From Bacteroidota bacterium (GTDB taxonomy: Bacteria; Bacteroidota; Bacteroidia; UKL13-3), in contig JAIXSO010000066.1 of the NCBI GenBank assembly GCA_027484685.1, forward strand, positions 785 to 64,784: a stretch of DNA of 64,000 nucleotides, read 5' to 3'. The notes below the pieces were generated by a model that was not told where the DNA came from, did not search any database, and saw nothing but the letters and a program-made list of their open reading frames with translations. This document shows, one piece after another, positions 1 through 9,097 of the stretch (positions within the stretch are counted from its first letter, which is position 1; every line of letters begins with the position of its first letter). The position numbers and the translations under genes are program-made.

Positions 1-219
1 TATATGTTGTCATATCCGAACTTGCAGGTATAACTAGCTCTAGTTTTCCTTCGTGACCTAAAACTCTGCCTAATCGATAGCCATTACTTACATCACAATG
101 AATAATGGTTCTGCCTTCATTATGCTTTCTAAGCTAAGTTTTAATATTTCTTGATAGCCATTTTTTCCATTTGCTATCTCATCAAATATTTCTGTTATTT
201 GTGTTTGTGTAAAGTTCAT
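1..219 (-). pseudogene. IS256-family (mutator-type) transposase, N-terminal fragment, frameshifted and truncated at the window edge
   Basis: Reverse-strand translation from the ATG at 217-219 gives MNFTQTQITEIFDEIANGKNGYQEILKLSLESIMKAE, then a stop. A second frame gives HCDVSNGYRLGRVLGHEGKLELVIP. These match the conserved N-terminal transposase motifs of the IS256 family ('GK(D)G...LLESIL.AE' and 'NGY..R.L.T..G.LEL.VPR'). They are split by a frameshift, and the rest of the gene runs off the window. Confidence 0.4.
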
Positions 220-372
220 ATATTTTCAATTTTTGCGTTTCAATTACAAAAATCGTCTTTTTTGAGCTTTACACACTTTTTTGTACAGTATCAACAAATT
301 TGCTTTTTTCGTATTACAAATATTAATAATATGAAATGAGGTTTGCAAAACCTCACTAGCGTGTAAAAAAGA

Positions 373-407
373 AAATAAAAAAAGCGACCTAAGCCGCTTT
401 TTTTATT
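373..407. terminator. Bidirectional rho-independent terminator downstream of guaB
   Basis: A8 run, then hairpin agcgac/ctaa/gccgct (6-bp stem with one mismatch), then T8 run. It sits immediately 3' of the guaB stop on the minus strand. Confidence 0.6.
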
Positions 408-421
408 AATCTAATTATCAA

Positions 422-1894
422 TTAATTTCTTGAATAATTTGGTGATTCTTTGGTAATTTTTACATCGTGTGCATGGCTTTCTTTAACACCTGCTGAAGTA
501 ATTTTTACAAATTTAGCTTGTTGCAAGTCGGCTATAGTAGCTGCACCACAGTAACCCATACCTGCACGTAAACCACCCACAAACTGATACACTACTTCTT
601 TTAAAGTTCCTTTAAACGGAACTATACCTACTATACCTTCTGGTACTAATTTAGCAATTTCATCTTCAGTATCTTGGAAATAACGGTCTTTACTACCTTC
701 TTTCATGGCTTCAATACTACCCATACCTCGGTATGATTTAAATTTACGTCCTTCGTAAATTACAGTTTCTCCTGGGCTTTCTTCTACTCCGGCAAAAATA
801 GAACCCGACATAATAGAACTTGCACCTGCAGCTATGGCTTTTACCAAATCGCCACTGTATCTTATTCCACCATCGGCTATAATTGGAACACCACTGCCAG
901 CTATGGCTTTTGCACTTTCGTAAACTGCTGTTAATTGTGGAACGCCAATACCTGCTATAATACGTGTAGTACAAATAGAGCCTGGACCAACTCCCACTTT
1001 TACAGCATCTACCCCTGCATCAACCAAAGCACGTGCGCCACTGCCTGTAGCTACATTGCCTGCAATGATATCAATATTGCTAAACAATTTTTTGATACGC
1101 GCTACTTCGTTTAAAACACCTCTTGAATGCCCATGTGCAGTGTCAATAATTACTACGTCCACTCCAGCTTTAACCAATGCATGTATTCTTTCTTCAGTAT
1201 CGGCAGTTACCCCCACAGCAGCTCCCGCAAGTAAACGTCCATGTTTATCTTTACAAGCCGATGGATGTGCTTTTACCTTTAAAATATCTTTGTAAGTAAT
1301 TAATCCTTTTAAAAGATTGTCTTTATCTATTACAGGTAATTTTTCAATTTTATATTGTTGTAAAATTAGTTCTGCTTGTTTAAGGTCAGTTCCTTCAGGT
1401 GCAGTAATAATTTTATCTTTGGTCATTATATCACTCACACATTTGTTCATGTCGGTTTCAAAGCGTAAGTCTCTATTGGTTAAAATACCCACTAATTTAC
1501 CATTATCGTTAATAATTGGAATACCACCAATTTTATTTTCGGTCATTAGTTTATGTGCATCGCGCAATGTAGCCGAATCGTGTAATGTTACAGGATCAAG
1601 TATTAAACCACTTTCGCTACGTTTTACCTTACGCACCTCGGCAGCTTGGCGCTCAATACTCATGTTTTTATGCATAATACCAATTCCACCTTCTTGCGAA
1701 ATAGCAATAGCTAATTTGCTTTCGGTTACTGTATCCATGGCAGCAGTAACAATTGGAATTTTAATTTGAATATTGCGTGAAAGTTGGGTAGTAGTATTTA
1801 CTTCGCGCGGCAGTATTTCAGAATAAGCGGGTAAAACTAAAACGTCATCGTAGGTTAAACCTTCGGTGTAAAATTTATCAGATTGATTAAGCAT
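422..1894 (-). CDS. guaB: Inosine-5'-monophosphate dehydrogenase
   Basis: 490 aa with an ATG start. IMPDH catalytic-loop region GSICTTR. The CBS pair is inserted in the TIM barrel ([24 protein letters not shown]). The C-terminal [12 protein letters not shown] motif is typical of IMPDH. Confidence 0.95.
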   Translation of the reverse strand: MLNQSDKFYTEGLTYDDVLVLPAYSEILPREVNTTTQLSRNIQIKIPIVTAAMDTVTESKLAIAISQEGGIGIMHKNMSIERQAAEVRKVKRSESGLILDPVTLHDSATLRDAHKLMTENKIGGIPIINDNGKLVGILTNRDLRFETDMNKCVSDIMTKDKIITAPEGTDLKQAELILQQYKIEKLPVIDKDNLLKGLITYKDILKVKAHPSACKDKHGRLLAGAAVGVTADTEERIHALVKAGVDVVIIDTAHGHSRGVLNEVARIKKLFSNIDIIAGNVATGSGARALVDAGVDAVKVGVGPGSICTTRIIAGIGVPQLTAVYESAKAIAGSGVPIIADGGIRYSGDLVKAIAAGASSIMSGSIFAGVEESPGETVIYEGRKFKSYRGMGSIEAMKEGSKDRYFQDTEDEIAKLVPEGIVGIVPFKGTLKEVVYQFVGGLRAGMGYCGAATIADLQQAKFVKITSAGVKESHAHDVKITKESPNYSRN

Positions 1895-1986
1895 GGCAAA
1901 TAAAGATAGGTATTCTATTTGCGGTGCAAGTTTAAGGTTATTAGTTTAATTAATTGTAAAAAAATTAAATAATTTCCGTTAGTTTT

Positions 1987-4479
1987 TTATGCCAACGATT
2001 CGTTAATGGCTCTAATCATCTTTTCTTGCAACTGTTCTGGCTCAAATGGTTTTAGAATATAATCGTTCATTCCGGCTGCATAGGCCGCATCGCGCATGGT
2101 ATTTTCGTTGGCAGCAGTTAAGGCTATAATGGGTACTTTTTTGTAATAACTATCGGCCAACGCTCTTATTTCGCGAGCACAGGTAATACCATCCATTTCG
2201 GGCATTTGCAAATCCATTAAAATTAAATCGTATTGGCTTTGTTTGGCTAACTCTAAACCCTTAACACCATTGTCGCCTACAACGGTGTTACAGCCCCATT
2301 TTTTTAGAAATTGTTTTAAAATAATTACGTTCACAAACGAATCTTCTACTACCAAAATGTTTTTTCCCTCTAAATTGGTAATAGTAGTTTTTTCAAAACT
2401 TAAATTATTAATATGTTTTGTTTCAACTATATCCAAACCAAGTTCAAATGAAAAAGTGCTTCCTTTACCCACTTCGGATTGTAACATAAGTTTACCACCC
2501 AAGCCTTCCACTATTTTTTGGCAAATAGATAATCCTAAACCTGCACCATCTTTTTTACGTGTGTTCGAAATATCAACTTGCGAAAAAGCTTCAAAAATAT
2601 CTGTTTGTTTTTCAATTGGAATACCCACTCCCGAATCAGAAACCTCAAACCTAACGGTTGATTTAAAAAAGCTAAAGTTGGTTTCTTTTATGCTCATTTT
2701 TACATAACCACTTTCGGTAAAATTAATGGCATTGGTAATAAGGTTTGATAATACTTGTGCTATGCGCAACGCATCCGATTTATAAGTATTTAGCTTATCT
2801 ACATCGCAATCTACAATAAATTCAAGGCCTTTATTTTTAACTTTTTCGGTAAAAATATCAACCAATCCATTTACCAATTGCTGCAATTTAAAATCGTTTT
2901 GGTTAAACTCATTATTACCACTTTCCAGGTTATTAAAGTCTAAAATATCGTTTACCAAATCAATTAACTTATGGGTTGATTGTTTTAAAATTACTAGGTT
3001 TTGAGCTTGTTCATCTCCCCCGTGGTTTTCCTTTATTAAATCGGCTATTCCATTGATGGCGTTTAGAGGCGTTCTAATTTCATGGCTGATATTTCTGATA
3101 AAACTAGCTTTGGCTTTTAATGCTTGCTTGGCCAACTCCTGCGATTTTAAAATTTGCTCATTTTGTTTTACCAAAGCATCGTTTTTAAGCGTAAGTTGTA
3201 TTTGATTATTTTTAAGTATAGCATTGGTTTTACGAATATTGTAAATGGTAAAAATTAAAAATAGCAAAATAGCCAACACCAATAAAATACCTGTAATAAT
3301 TAAGCCTGTAGTAATAGTTTTATTTTTACGCTTTTGCAGAGCCACTTCGGTTTCAGCTTCTTTTTGTTTAGCTAATGATTGCGATTGCAAGTCCTTTAAT
3401 TTTACCAAACTTTCGGCTGAACTAATGGCTTGCAAAACATTCATTTTTTGTTCGGTATAAATCAATGCATTTTTATAATCGTTTTGGGCTTTATAACAAT
3501 CAATATAAGTATCGTAAATGTTTACTTCAGCAACTTTATTATTGGTTTTTTTAGCTAAACTTTCGGCTTTGGCCAAAAAACTTATGGCTTTGGCGTATTG
3601 TTTATTTTTTATGTGCAAATCGGCCAAATCGGTAAACGAACTTCTAAGCCCATTTTCATCGTTAATTTTCTCTCTGATATCAAATGCTTTATTTAAATAA
3701 TTTTCAGCAATGCCCAATTGGTTTAAACCCAAATAACACATGCCAATATTATCGTAAGTTTCGGCTATATTTTTTAAGTTATTGCTTTTTAAATCATCTT
3801 CAAGCACCAATTCATATTTATCCAAAGCTTTGGCAAATTGTTTTCTTTCTAAATAAATAGATGCTAAATTATAGTGAATCAGGCTTAACTCAACATTCAG
3901 CTTTATGGCGATTGGCAAGGCTTGTAATAAAAATTTTTCAGCCAGAGTAAATTCTTTTTTTAAAAAATAAACCACTCCAATATTGTTCAACGATTTAAGA
4001 ACATAAGCCGAATCGTGTATTTGATTAGATAAATTTAATGCTTGAAAATAGTACCAAAGTGCCTTTGAGTAATTGGTTTTACTTTCATAAGAAATACCTA
4101 AATAATTATTACACCTAATTATTTTAGCGTTGTTATTGGTTTTAAAATAAAAAGTAATGGCATGTTGCAGGTAATAAATTGCCGAATCGAAATTACGGTT
4201 TTCGCAGTGGCCCACACCCAAACTTAAGTAAGAATCGTAAATGCCTTTTTCATAACTTACTTTTCTTGCAAGTTCAATTGATTTATGAGCATATTCAATG
4301 GCTTCGGAGCCATTTTCAACAAACAAAGTAAGGTTGTTGTTAAATAAATCTACCCTTTGCTGAACATTATTTTCGTTAGAAATGGCTTTTAAAACACTGT
4401 CTTTTTTAATCAAGTCGTTAGCTTGCACCGAAAAAATGGCACCTATTACAAAAAATAATATGTAAAGCTTTTTAACCAA
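1987..4479 (-). CDS. Hybrid sensor histidine kinase/response regulator with N-terminal TPR-repeat sensor domain
   Basis: 830 aa. Signal/TM, then about 350 aa of TPR-like repeats, then a TM helix (GLIITGILLVLAILLFLIF). H-box ISHEIRTPLNAI. HATPase G-boxes DSGVGI and GAGLGLSICQKIV. C-terminal receiver domain with ILVVEDS and the LILMDLQMPEMDG phospho-acceptor region. Apparent TTG start. Confidence 0.9.
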   Translation of the reverse strand: MVKKLYILFFVIGAIFSVQANDLIKKDSVLKAISNENNVQQRVDLFNNNLTLFVENGSEAIEYAHKSIELARKVSYEKGIYDSYLSLGVGHCENRNFDSAIYYLQHAITFYFKTNNNAKIIRCNNYLGISYESKTNYSKALWYYFQALNLSNQIHDSAYVLKSLNNIGVVYFLKKEFTLAEKFLLQALPIAIKLNVELSLIHYNLASIYLERKQFAKALDKYELVLEDDLKSNNLKNIAETYDNIGMCYLGLNQLGIAENYLNKAFDIREKINDENGLRSSFTDLADLHIKNKQYAKAISFLAKAESLAKKTNNKVAEVNIYDTYIDCYKAQNDYKNALIYTEQKMNVLQAISSAESLVKLKDLQSQSLAKQKEAETEVALQKRKNKTITTGLIITGILLVLAILLFLIFTIYNIRKTNAILKNNQIQLTLKNDALVKQNEQILKSQELAKQALKAKASFIRNISHEIRTPLNAINGIADLIKENHGGDEQAQNLVILKQSTHKLIDLVNDILDFNNLESGNNEFNQNDFKLQQLVNGLVDIFTEKVKNKGLEFIVDCDVDKLNTYKSDALRIAQVLSNLITNAINFTESGYVKMSIKETNFSFFKSTVRFEVSDSGVGIPIEKQTDIFEAFSQVDISNTRKKDGAGLGLSICQKIVEGLGGKLMLQSEVGKGSTFSFELGLDIVETKHINNLSFEKTTITNLEGKNILVVEDSFVNVIILKQFLKKWGCNTVVGDNGVKGLELAKQSQYDLILMDLQMPEMDGITCAREIRALADSYYKKVPIIALTAANENTMRDAAYAAGMNDYILKPFEPEQLQEKMIRAINESLA

Positions 4480-4525
4480 GTGTTGAGTAAAATGAGTGAG
4501 TTAACAATATTAGTAATTTTTAAAT

Positions 4526-5356
4526 TTAATTCAATATAATTTGGGCAGGTTCTAACGTAATTAGTTTTTGGCGATACAAAATACCTACTGCCTTTTTAAA
4601 AGTTTTTTTGCTCATTCCTAATTGGCGCTTAATATCTTCGGGATCGCTACCATCGTGAAGTGCTAGTTTTCCTCCTTGTTTTTTAAGCAAATCTAAAATC
4701 ATTTGCGAGTTAATATCCACATTTTCAAAACCAATTTTTTGCAAACTTACATCAATTAAATTGCCTTCTTTTATTTGCTTAACGTAGCCTTTTAATTGAT
4801 CGCCAATTTGCACATCGGTATAAATTTCGTTTTTATAAACCAAGCCTTTATATTTGTTATTTATAATTACAAAATAACCCAAGTCAAAATCTTCGTAAAC
4901 CATTAAATCTACTTCATCGTTATGCTTTAAATCGCAATCAGTATTATCTAAATAGCGGTTAATTTTGGTAGTTCCTACTAACCTGTCCGAAGTTTCATCG
5001 TGATACAAATACACCACGTAATATTTGCCTGTGTACATTTTTTTTGCTTGTTCTTTAAATGGAACTAGCAAATCTTTATCTAAACCCCAATCCATAAAAG
5101 CACCAAAACTGGCAGCATCAACTACTTTTAGTAAAGCAAAAGTATTTAGTAAAATTTTGGGTGTTTGGGTAGTAGCTATTAACCTATCTTCAGAATCGTT
5201 GTAAACAAATACATCAATATTATCGTGCAATTGCAAGCCTGCAGGCGCATATTTATTATGTAACAACACTTCTTCTCCATCGTTATCTACTAAAAAAAAT
5301 CCTACAGCACTGCCTCTGCTTACTGTTAAATTGCTAACTACGCCTAATTGAATCAT
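4526..5356 (-). CDS. S1-like RNA-binding domain protein (CvfB/YitL family)
   Basis: 276 aa. Tandem S1-like barrels followed by a C-terminal winged-helix-like region. The domain architecture is that of CvfB-family proteins. Confidence 0.6.
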   Translation of the reverse strand: MIQLGVVSNLTVSRGSAVGFFLVDNDGEEVLLHNKYAPAGLQLHDNIDVFVYNDSEDRLIATTQTPKILLNTFALLKVVDAASFGAFMDWGLDKDLLVPFKEQAKKMYTGKYYVVYLYHDETSDRLVGTTKINRYLDNTDCDLKHNDEVDLMVYEDFDLGYFVIINNKYKGLVYKNEIYTDVQIGDQLKGYVKQIKEGNLIDVSLQKIGFENVDINSQMILDLLKKQGGKLALHDGSDPEDIKRQLGMSKKTFKKAVGILYRQKLITLEPAQIILN

Positions 5357-5457
5357 GTTTATTCTAAAATATTTTTCAAAACTATTTAAAATTATACAGC
5401 CTACTTCATTTTATTTAGTAAAATTGTAAACACTATTAACCCATAAAACTAATAATT

Positions 5458-6174
5458 TTGACTAAGTTAAGCGTTAACATCAATAAATTTGCTACTATAA
5501 GAAATGCCCGAGGAGGCAATAACCCAAACTTGGTGCAGGTTGCCATAGATTGTGAAAAATTTGGAGCCGATGGCATTACTGTTCATCCAAGGCCCGATGA
5601 ACGCCACATTCGTTATGCCGATGTGGTAAATTTAAAACAAGTTTTAACTACAGAGTTTAATATTGAAGGCAATCCCCTTGAAGATAAATTTGTGCAATTG
5701 GTATTGGATACCAAACCTGCTCAAGTTACTTTAGTGCCCGATGCGTTGAACCAAATTACCAGCAACCACGGTTGGGATACCATTAAAAACTATCAATTTT
5801 TAAATGATATCATCAAAGTTTTTAAAAATGCTGGAATCCGTACTTCTATTTTTGTAGACCCAGTTTTAGAAATGATAGAAGGAGCCAAACTCACCGGAAC
5901 TGATAGAATTGAACTTTATACCGAAAGTTACGCTCATCATTATCACACCAATAAAGAAACAGTTATAAAACCATATACAGCAGCAGCCATTAGAGCCCAT
6001 GAGTTAGGTTTGGGTATAAATGCTGGTCATGATTTAGATTTACACAATTTACATTTCTTTAATCAAAACATTCCTAATCTAGCAGAGGTTTCTATAGGAC
6101 ATGCCCTTGTATGCGATGCCATTTATTTAGGCTTGCACAATACCATTCAAATGTATAAACAAAAATTGCAATAA
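5458..6174 (+). CDS. pdxJ: Pyridoxine 5'-phosphate synthase
   Basis: 238 aa. The N-terminus LSVNINKFATIRNARGG and the motifs DGITVHPRPDERHI and TLVPD match the PdxJ TIM-barrel family. Apparent TTG start. Confidence 0.9.
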   Translation: MTKLSVNINKFATIRNARGGNNPNLVQVAIDCEKFGADGITVHPRPDERHIRYADVVNLKQVLTTEFNIEGNPLEDKFVQLVLDTKPAQVTLVPDALNQITSNHGWDTIKNYQFLNDIIKVFKNAGIRTSIFVDPVLEMIEGAKLTGTDRIELYTESYAHHYHTNKETVIKPYTAAAIRAHELGLGINAGHDLDLHNLHFFNQNIPNLAEVSIGHALVCDAIYLGLHNTIQMYKQKLQ

Positions 6175-6177
6175 TTT

Positions 6178-7203
6178 ATGAATTCGAGTAGCAGAAATTG
6201 GCTTTATTTATTAAGTTTTTTACCAAGTTTTTTTGCCATTTATGGCAATTTAATGGGCGGGTATTTTGCCTTTGGCAATTTTGTATTTTCGTTAGGTGTT
6301 TTAGCCACTTTCGAATGGATTACCAATGAATTTTTATCTAATCAAGCCTCCGAAAAAGACGATGCAATACCAAAGTTTATTTTACTGCTGCATATTCCTT
6401 TGCAACTTATTTCAGTGGGCAGTTTATTTTATGGCATTTATAGCCATTCGTTAACAGATTATTTTATAATTGGCGCAGCTTTAAGTACAGGTTTAAATTC
6501 TGGATCTTCGGCCATAATAGTTTCGCACGAATACATTCATAGAAAAGTAAAATACGAGCGTATGTTGGGCAAACTTTTATTGTTTTCAGCAGGCAATATG
6601 TATTTTTATATCGACCATTTGAAAGTACATCACAAATGGGTTGGTACTGATAAAGACCATGCGACAGCCAAGTATGGCGAAAACTTATACCAATTTTTTA
6701 TCCGCTCGGTTTCAGGGCAGTTTTGGGGAGCTATTGCCATTGAAGCACAACGTTTAAAAGCCGAAAATAAAATGGCATACGGGTTTGAGAATTATGTGAT
6801 TCGTCAATTAATTTTACAAGTTTTATTACTAATAAGTATTTATTATTTAATTGGTGTTGATGCCATTATTGCTTGGGGCTTACAATGTTTTTTTGCTAAT
6901 TTTTTATTAGAGTATGTAAACTATATTCAGCATTATGGTTTGAGCCGCGATTATACAGAACGTGTAACCGAAGAACACAGTTGGCAAAGCGACCGTTTTA
7001 TTAGCAGGTTTGTTTTGGTAGATTTATCGCGCCATGCCGACCATCATTATTATGCTTCAAAACCTTATCATACTTTAATAACTTACCCTAATAGTCCTAT
7101 TTTACCTGCTGGTTATGCTGGATTGTTTTTTATAGCTGCGGTGCCTCCATTATGGTTTAAACTCATGCACCCCAAAATAGCGCAATTAAAAGTATCGGCA
7201 TGA
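6178..7203 (+). CDS. AlkB-type integral-membrane alkane 1-monooxygenase / fatty-acid desaturase family hydroxylase
   Basis: 341 aa with multiple TM helices. All signature histidine boxes are present: HEYIHRK, DHLKVHHKW, the HYG motif NYIQHYGLSRD, and LSRHADHHYYASKPYH. No rubredoxin or reductase gene is adjacent. Confidence 0.75.
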   Translation: MNSSSRNWLYLLSFLPSFFAIYGNLMGGYFAFGNFVFSLGVLATFEWITNEFLSNQASEKDDAIPKFILLLHIPLQLISVGSLFYGIYSHSLTDYFIIGAALSTGLNSGSSAIIVSHEYIHRKVKYERMLGKLLLFSAGNMYFYIDHLKVHHKWVGTDKDHATAKYGENLYQFFIRSVSGQFWGAIAIEAQRLKAENKMAYGFENYVIRQLILQVLLLISIYYLIGVDAIIAWGLQCFFANFLLEYVNYIQHYGLSRDYTERVTEEHSWQSDRFISRFVLVDLSRHADHHYYASKPYHTLITYPNSPILPAGYAGLFFIAAVPPLWFKLMHPKIAQLKVSA

Positions 7204-7787
7204 AATTTACTTTAATTGAATTGCTTGAAATAATAGTAATTATAACCACTTTACTTTACAATTACTTTTTAATTAAACAGCAAATAATCTGTTGGCTTTT
7301 TGGCTTTTTATCATCTGTAACAGGTTTGGTTATTTTTTACGAAAAACAGTTGATTGGGCAAGTAATTTTGCATGTGTTTTATGCTTTAATGGCTGTTTAT
7401 GGTTGGTATATTTGGGATAAAAACAAACAAGAATTAAAAGTAAAAAAATGGACCATAACCATGCAAACTTATACCCTTGCTTTTGGTTTTATCATCAGTT
7501 TTGTATTGAGTTATTTTGTGCTTAATCAGTTTATTGAAAATATAAATGTGCTGGATATTTTGATAACTGTTTTTTGTTTTATAGCTACTTTTAAAGAAAC
7601 CCATAAAATAGTAACCGCTTGGATTTATTGGATAATACTTAACGCAGCTAGCTTTGCACTTTATTTGCAATCAGGCTTATTTATTTATGCTTTGCTGATG
7701 CTTATTTACACCGCATTGTCAATAAAAGGTTATTTGGCTTGGAGTAAAGAGTTAAAAAACTACAGCAGTGTTAAAAATGCTGATTAG
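7200..7787 (+). CDS. pnuC: Nicotinamide riboside transporter PnuC-like membrane protein
   Basis: 195 aa, 6-7 TM helices, Trp-rich (WYIWDKNKQ motif region). The size and topology are typical of PnuC. It overlaps the upstream gene by 4 bp (ATGA). Confidence 0.6.
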   Translation: MKFTLIELLEIIVIITTLLYNYFLIKQQIICWLFGFLSSVTGLVIFYEKQLIGQVILHVFYALMAVYGWYIWDKNKQELKVKKWTITMQTYTLAFGFIISFVLSYFVLNQFIENINVLDILITVFCFIATFKETHKIVTAWIYWIILNAASFALYLQSGLFIYALLMLIYTALSIKGYLAWSKELKNYSSVKNAD

Positions 7788-7799
7788 TGTGTTATCAAA

Positions 7800-8459
7800 T
7801 CAATTAACAATATTGCCTATTTTAGCATTTTTGTACTTGCTTTGTGGTAATAAAGTTTTCATTTTTAAAATAGTTTGGTAAGGGCCTTCGGTGGCAAATA
7901 GATTGATAAGCCAACTTGGAACACTGCCTCCAGGATTTAAGTATAAATAATAAACACCTTCAACCATACCATTGCCTTTAGGCGTAAAAACCCACGAGGC
8001 AGTTAATTTTTCTACCTCTACTTTATCTTCTTGTTTGGGAGTCATGCCAAACACTTCGTGCGATTCAATGGTAACAACTTTGGTGGTAGGATCTTGTTTT
8101 ATTTTGTAATAAATTACACCATACCTATTTTGAACAGGCCAAGGAGTTTCGGTTTCGTGGTAGTAATATAATTCGTATTCGTTAACCACCTTTAGTATTT
8201 TAGCCGATTTACACCTGTAAATGTATTGAGGATGCGCTGGAATATCGTAAATAAAAGCCACCAAACTATTTAAAGTTGCATTGAAATTGGTAACACATTT
8301 TATTTCTCTAATGCTCGAAAATGAAGCCTCACGGGTATAAACCAAAATATCATCACTGTTCTTTTTTAGCTCCCAATTTTTTTCAACACCAAAACTGGTA
8401 TTTACAACAAAACCGAAAAGCAAAAAGCACCAATAATATTTTTTAAAAAAAGTAATCAT
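7800..8459 (-). CDS. Secreted START/SRPBCC-like lipid-binding domain protein
   Basis: 219 aa with an N-terminal signal peptide. The core has a START-like beta-grip signature (WELKKNSDDILVYTRE ... YYHETETPWPVQNRYGV). Confidence 0.45.
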   Translation of the reverse strand: MITFFKKYYWCFLLFGFVVNTSFGVEKNWELKKNSDDILVYTREASFSSIREIKCVTNFNATLNSLVAFIYDIPAHPQYIYRCKSAKILKVVNEYELYYYHETETPWPVQNRYGVIYYKIKQDPTTKVVTIESHEVFGMTPKQEDKVEVEKLTASWVFTPKGNGMVEGVYYLYLNPGGSVPSWLINLFATEGPYQTILKMKTLLPQSKYKNAKIGNIVN

Positions 8460-8473
8460 AGCAACATATTAAG

Positions 8474-8986
8474 CTATAAAAGCTCCCAAAATTTTTCGGA
8501 AATAATGGTAAACCAAGCCGTATAATCAGCAGGATTTTGTTTCATATCTGCTTTTAGCCAATCAATATCAACCCATTTGTAACTGGCTACTTCATCAAGG
8601 TTTATATCAATTTTACCTTCATAATTTCCCACCAAAATATAGTCCAACTCGTGCTCGGTTAAACCGTTGTCAAACTCGGCTTTATAAATAAAATTGGTTC
8701 TAATGCTTAAATCACAATCAAAGCCCATTTCCTCTTGCAGCCTTCTGTGGGCAGCTTTTTCAATGGTTTCGCCTACACGTGGATGGCTGCAGCAAGTGTT
8801 TGTCCAAAGGCCAGCACTGTGGTATTTGGTTAAAGCGCGCTGTTGTAATAAAAGTTGGTGTTTATTATTAAAAACAAAAACCGAAAAAGCCCTGTGCAAC
8901 AAGCCTTTTTCGTGGGCTTCTTGCTTTTCCATTTTACCAATTTCTTGGTCGTTTTCGTTTACTAAAATTACGTATTCTAATTCCAT
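8474..8986 (-). CDS. idi: Isopentenyl-diphosphate delta-isomerase, type 1 (Nudix fold)
   Basis: The conserved IDI-1 motifs are present: HRAFSVFVFN, QQRALTKYHSAGLWTNTCCSHP, and the Nudix box GETIEKAAHRRLQEEMG. The start was moved to the in-frame ATG (MELEYVIL...). The track ORF begins at an upstream TTG. Confidence 0.9.
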   Translation of the reverse strand: MELEYVILVNENDQEIGKMEKQEAHEKGLLHRAFSVFVFNNKHQLLLQQRALTKYHSAGLWTNTCCSHPRVGETIEKAAHRRLQEEMGFDCDLSIRTNFIYKAEFDNGLTEHELDYILVGNYEGKIDINLDEVASYKWVDIDWLKADMKQNPADYTAWFTIISEKFWELL

Positions 8987-9097
8987 TTTCCTCTTCAAAC
9001 ATAAGAACAGAATTTTAGTTTTTTATAATAATATTACAAGTAGTTATTGTTTTAGTTCCGAAACCTTAGCTTCAAGCTAAGGTTTCGGTATTATGTT

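Noticed and set aside
151-339. 62-aa ORF in the guaB downstream spacer
   Set aside because: Low-complexity, Cys/Phe/Ile-rich translation of an AT-rich spacer that contains the bidirectional terminator. It has no RBS and is adjacent to the IS remnant.
338-354. Hairpin gaggttt-gca-aaacctc as a second terminator
   Set aside because: There is no adjacent U-run on either strand. The A/T-flanked hairpin at 373-407 is the better terminator.
1056-1769. Plus-strand ORFs of 79 and 150 aa inside guaB
   Set aside because: Antisense to a highly conserved IMPDH CDS. There is no support beyond absence of stops.
2243-3700. Several plus-strand ORFs (154, 71 and 60 aa) inside the hybrid kinase gene
   Set aside because: Antisense to a CDS with intact HK and receiver motifs. 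The composition is low-complexity.
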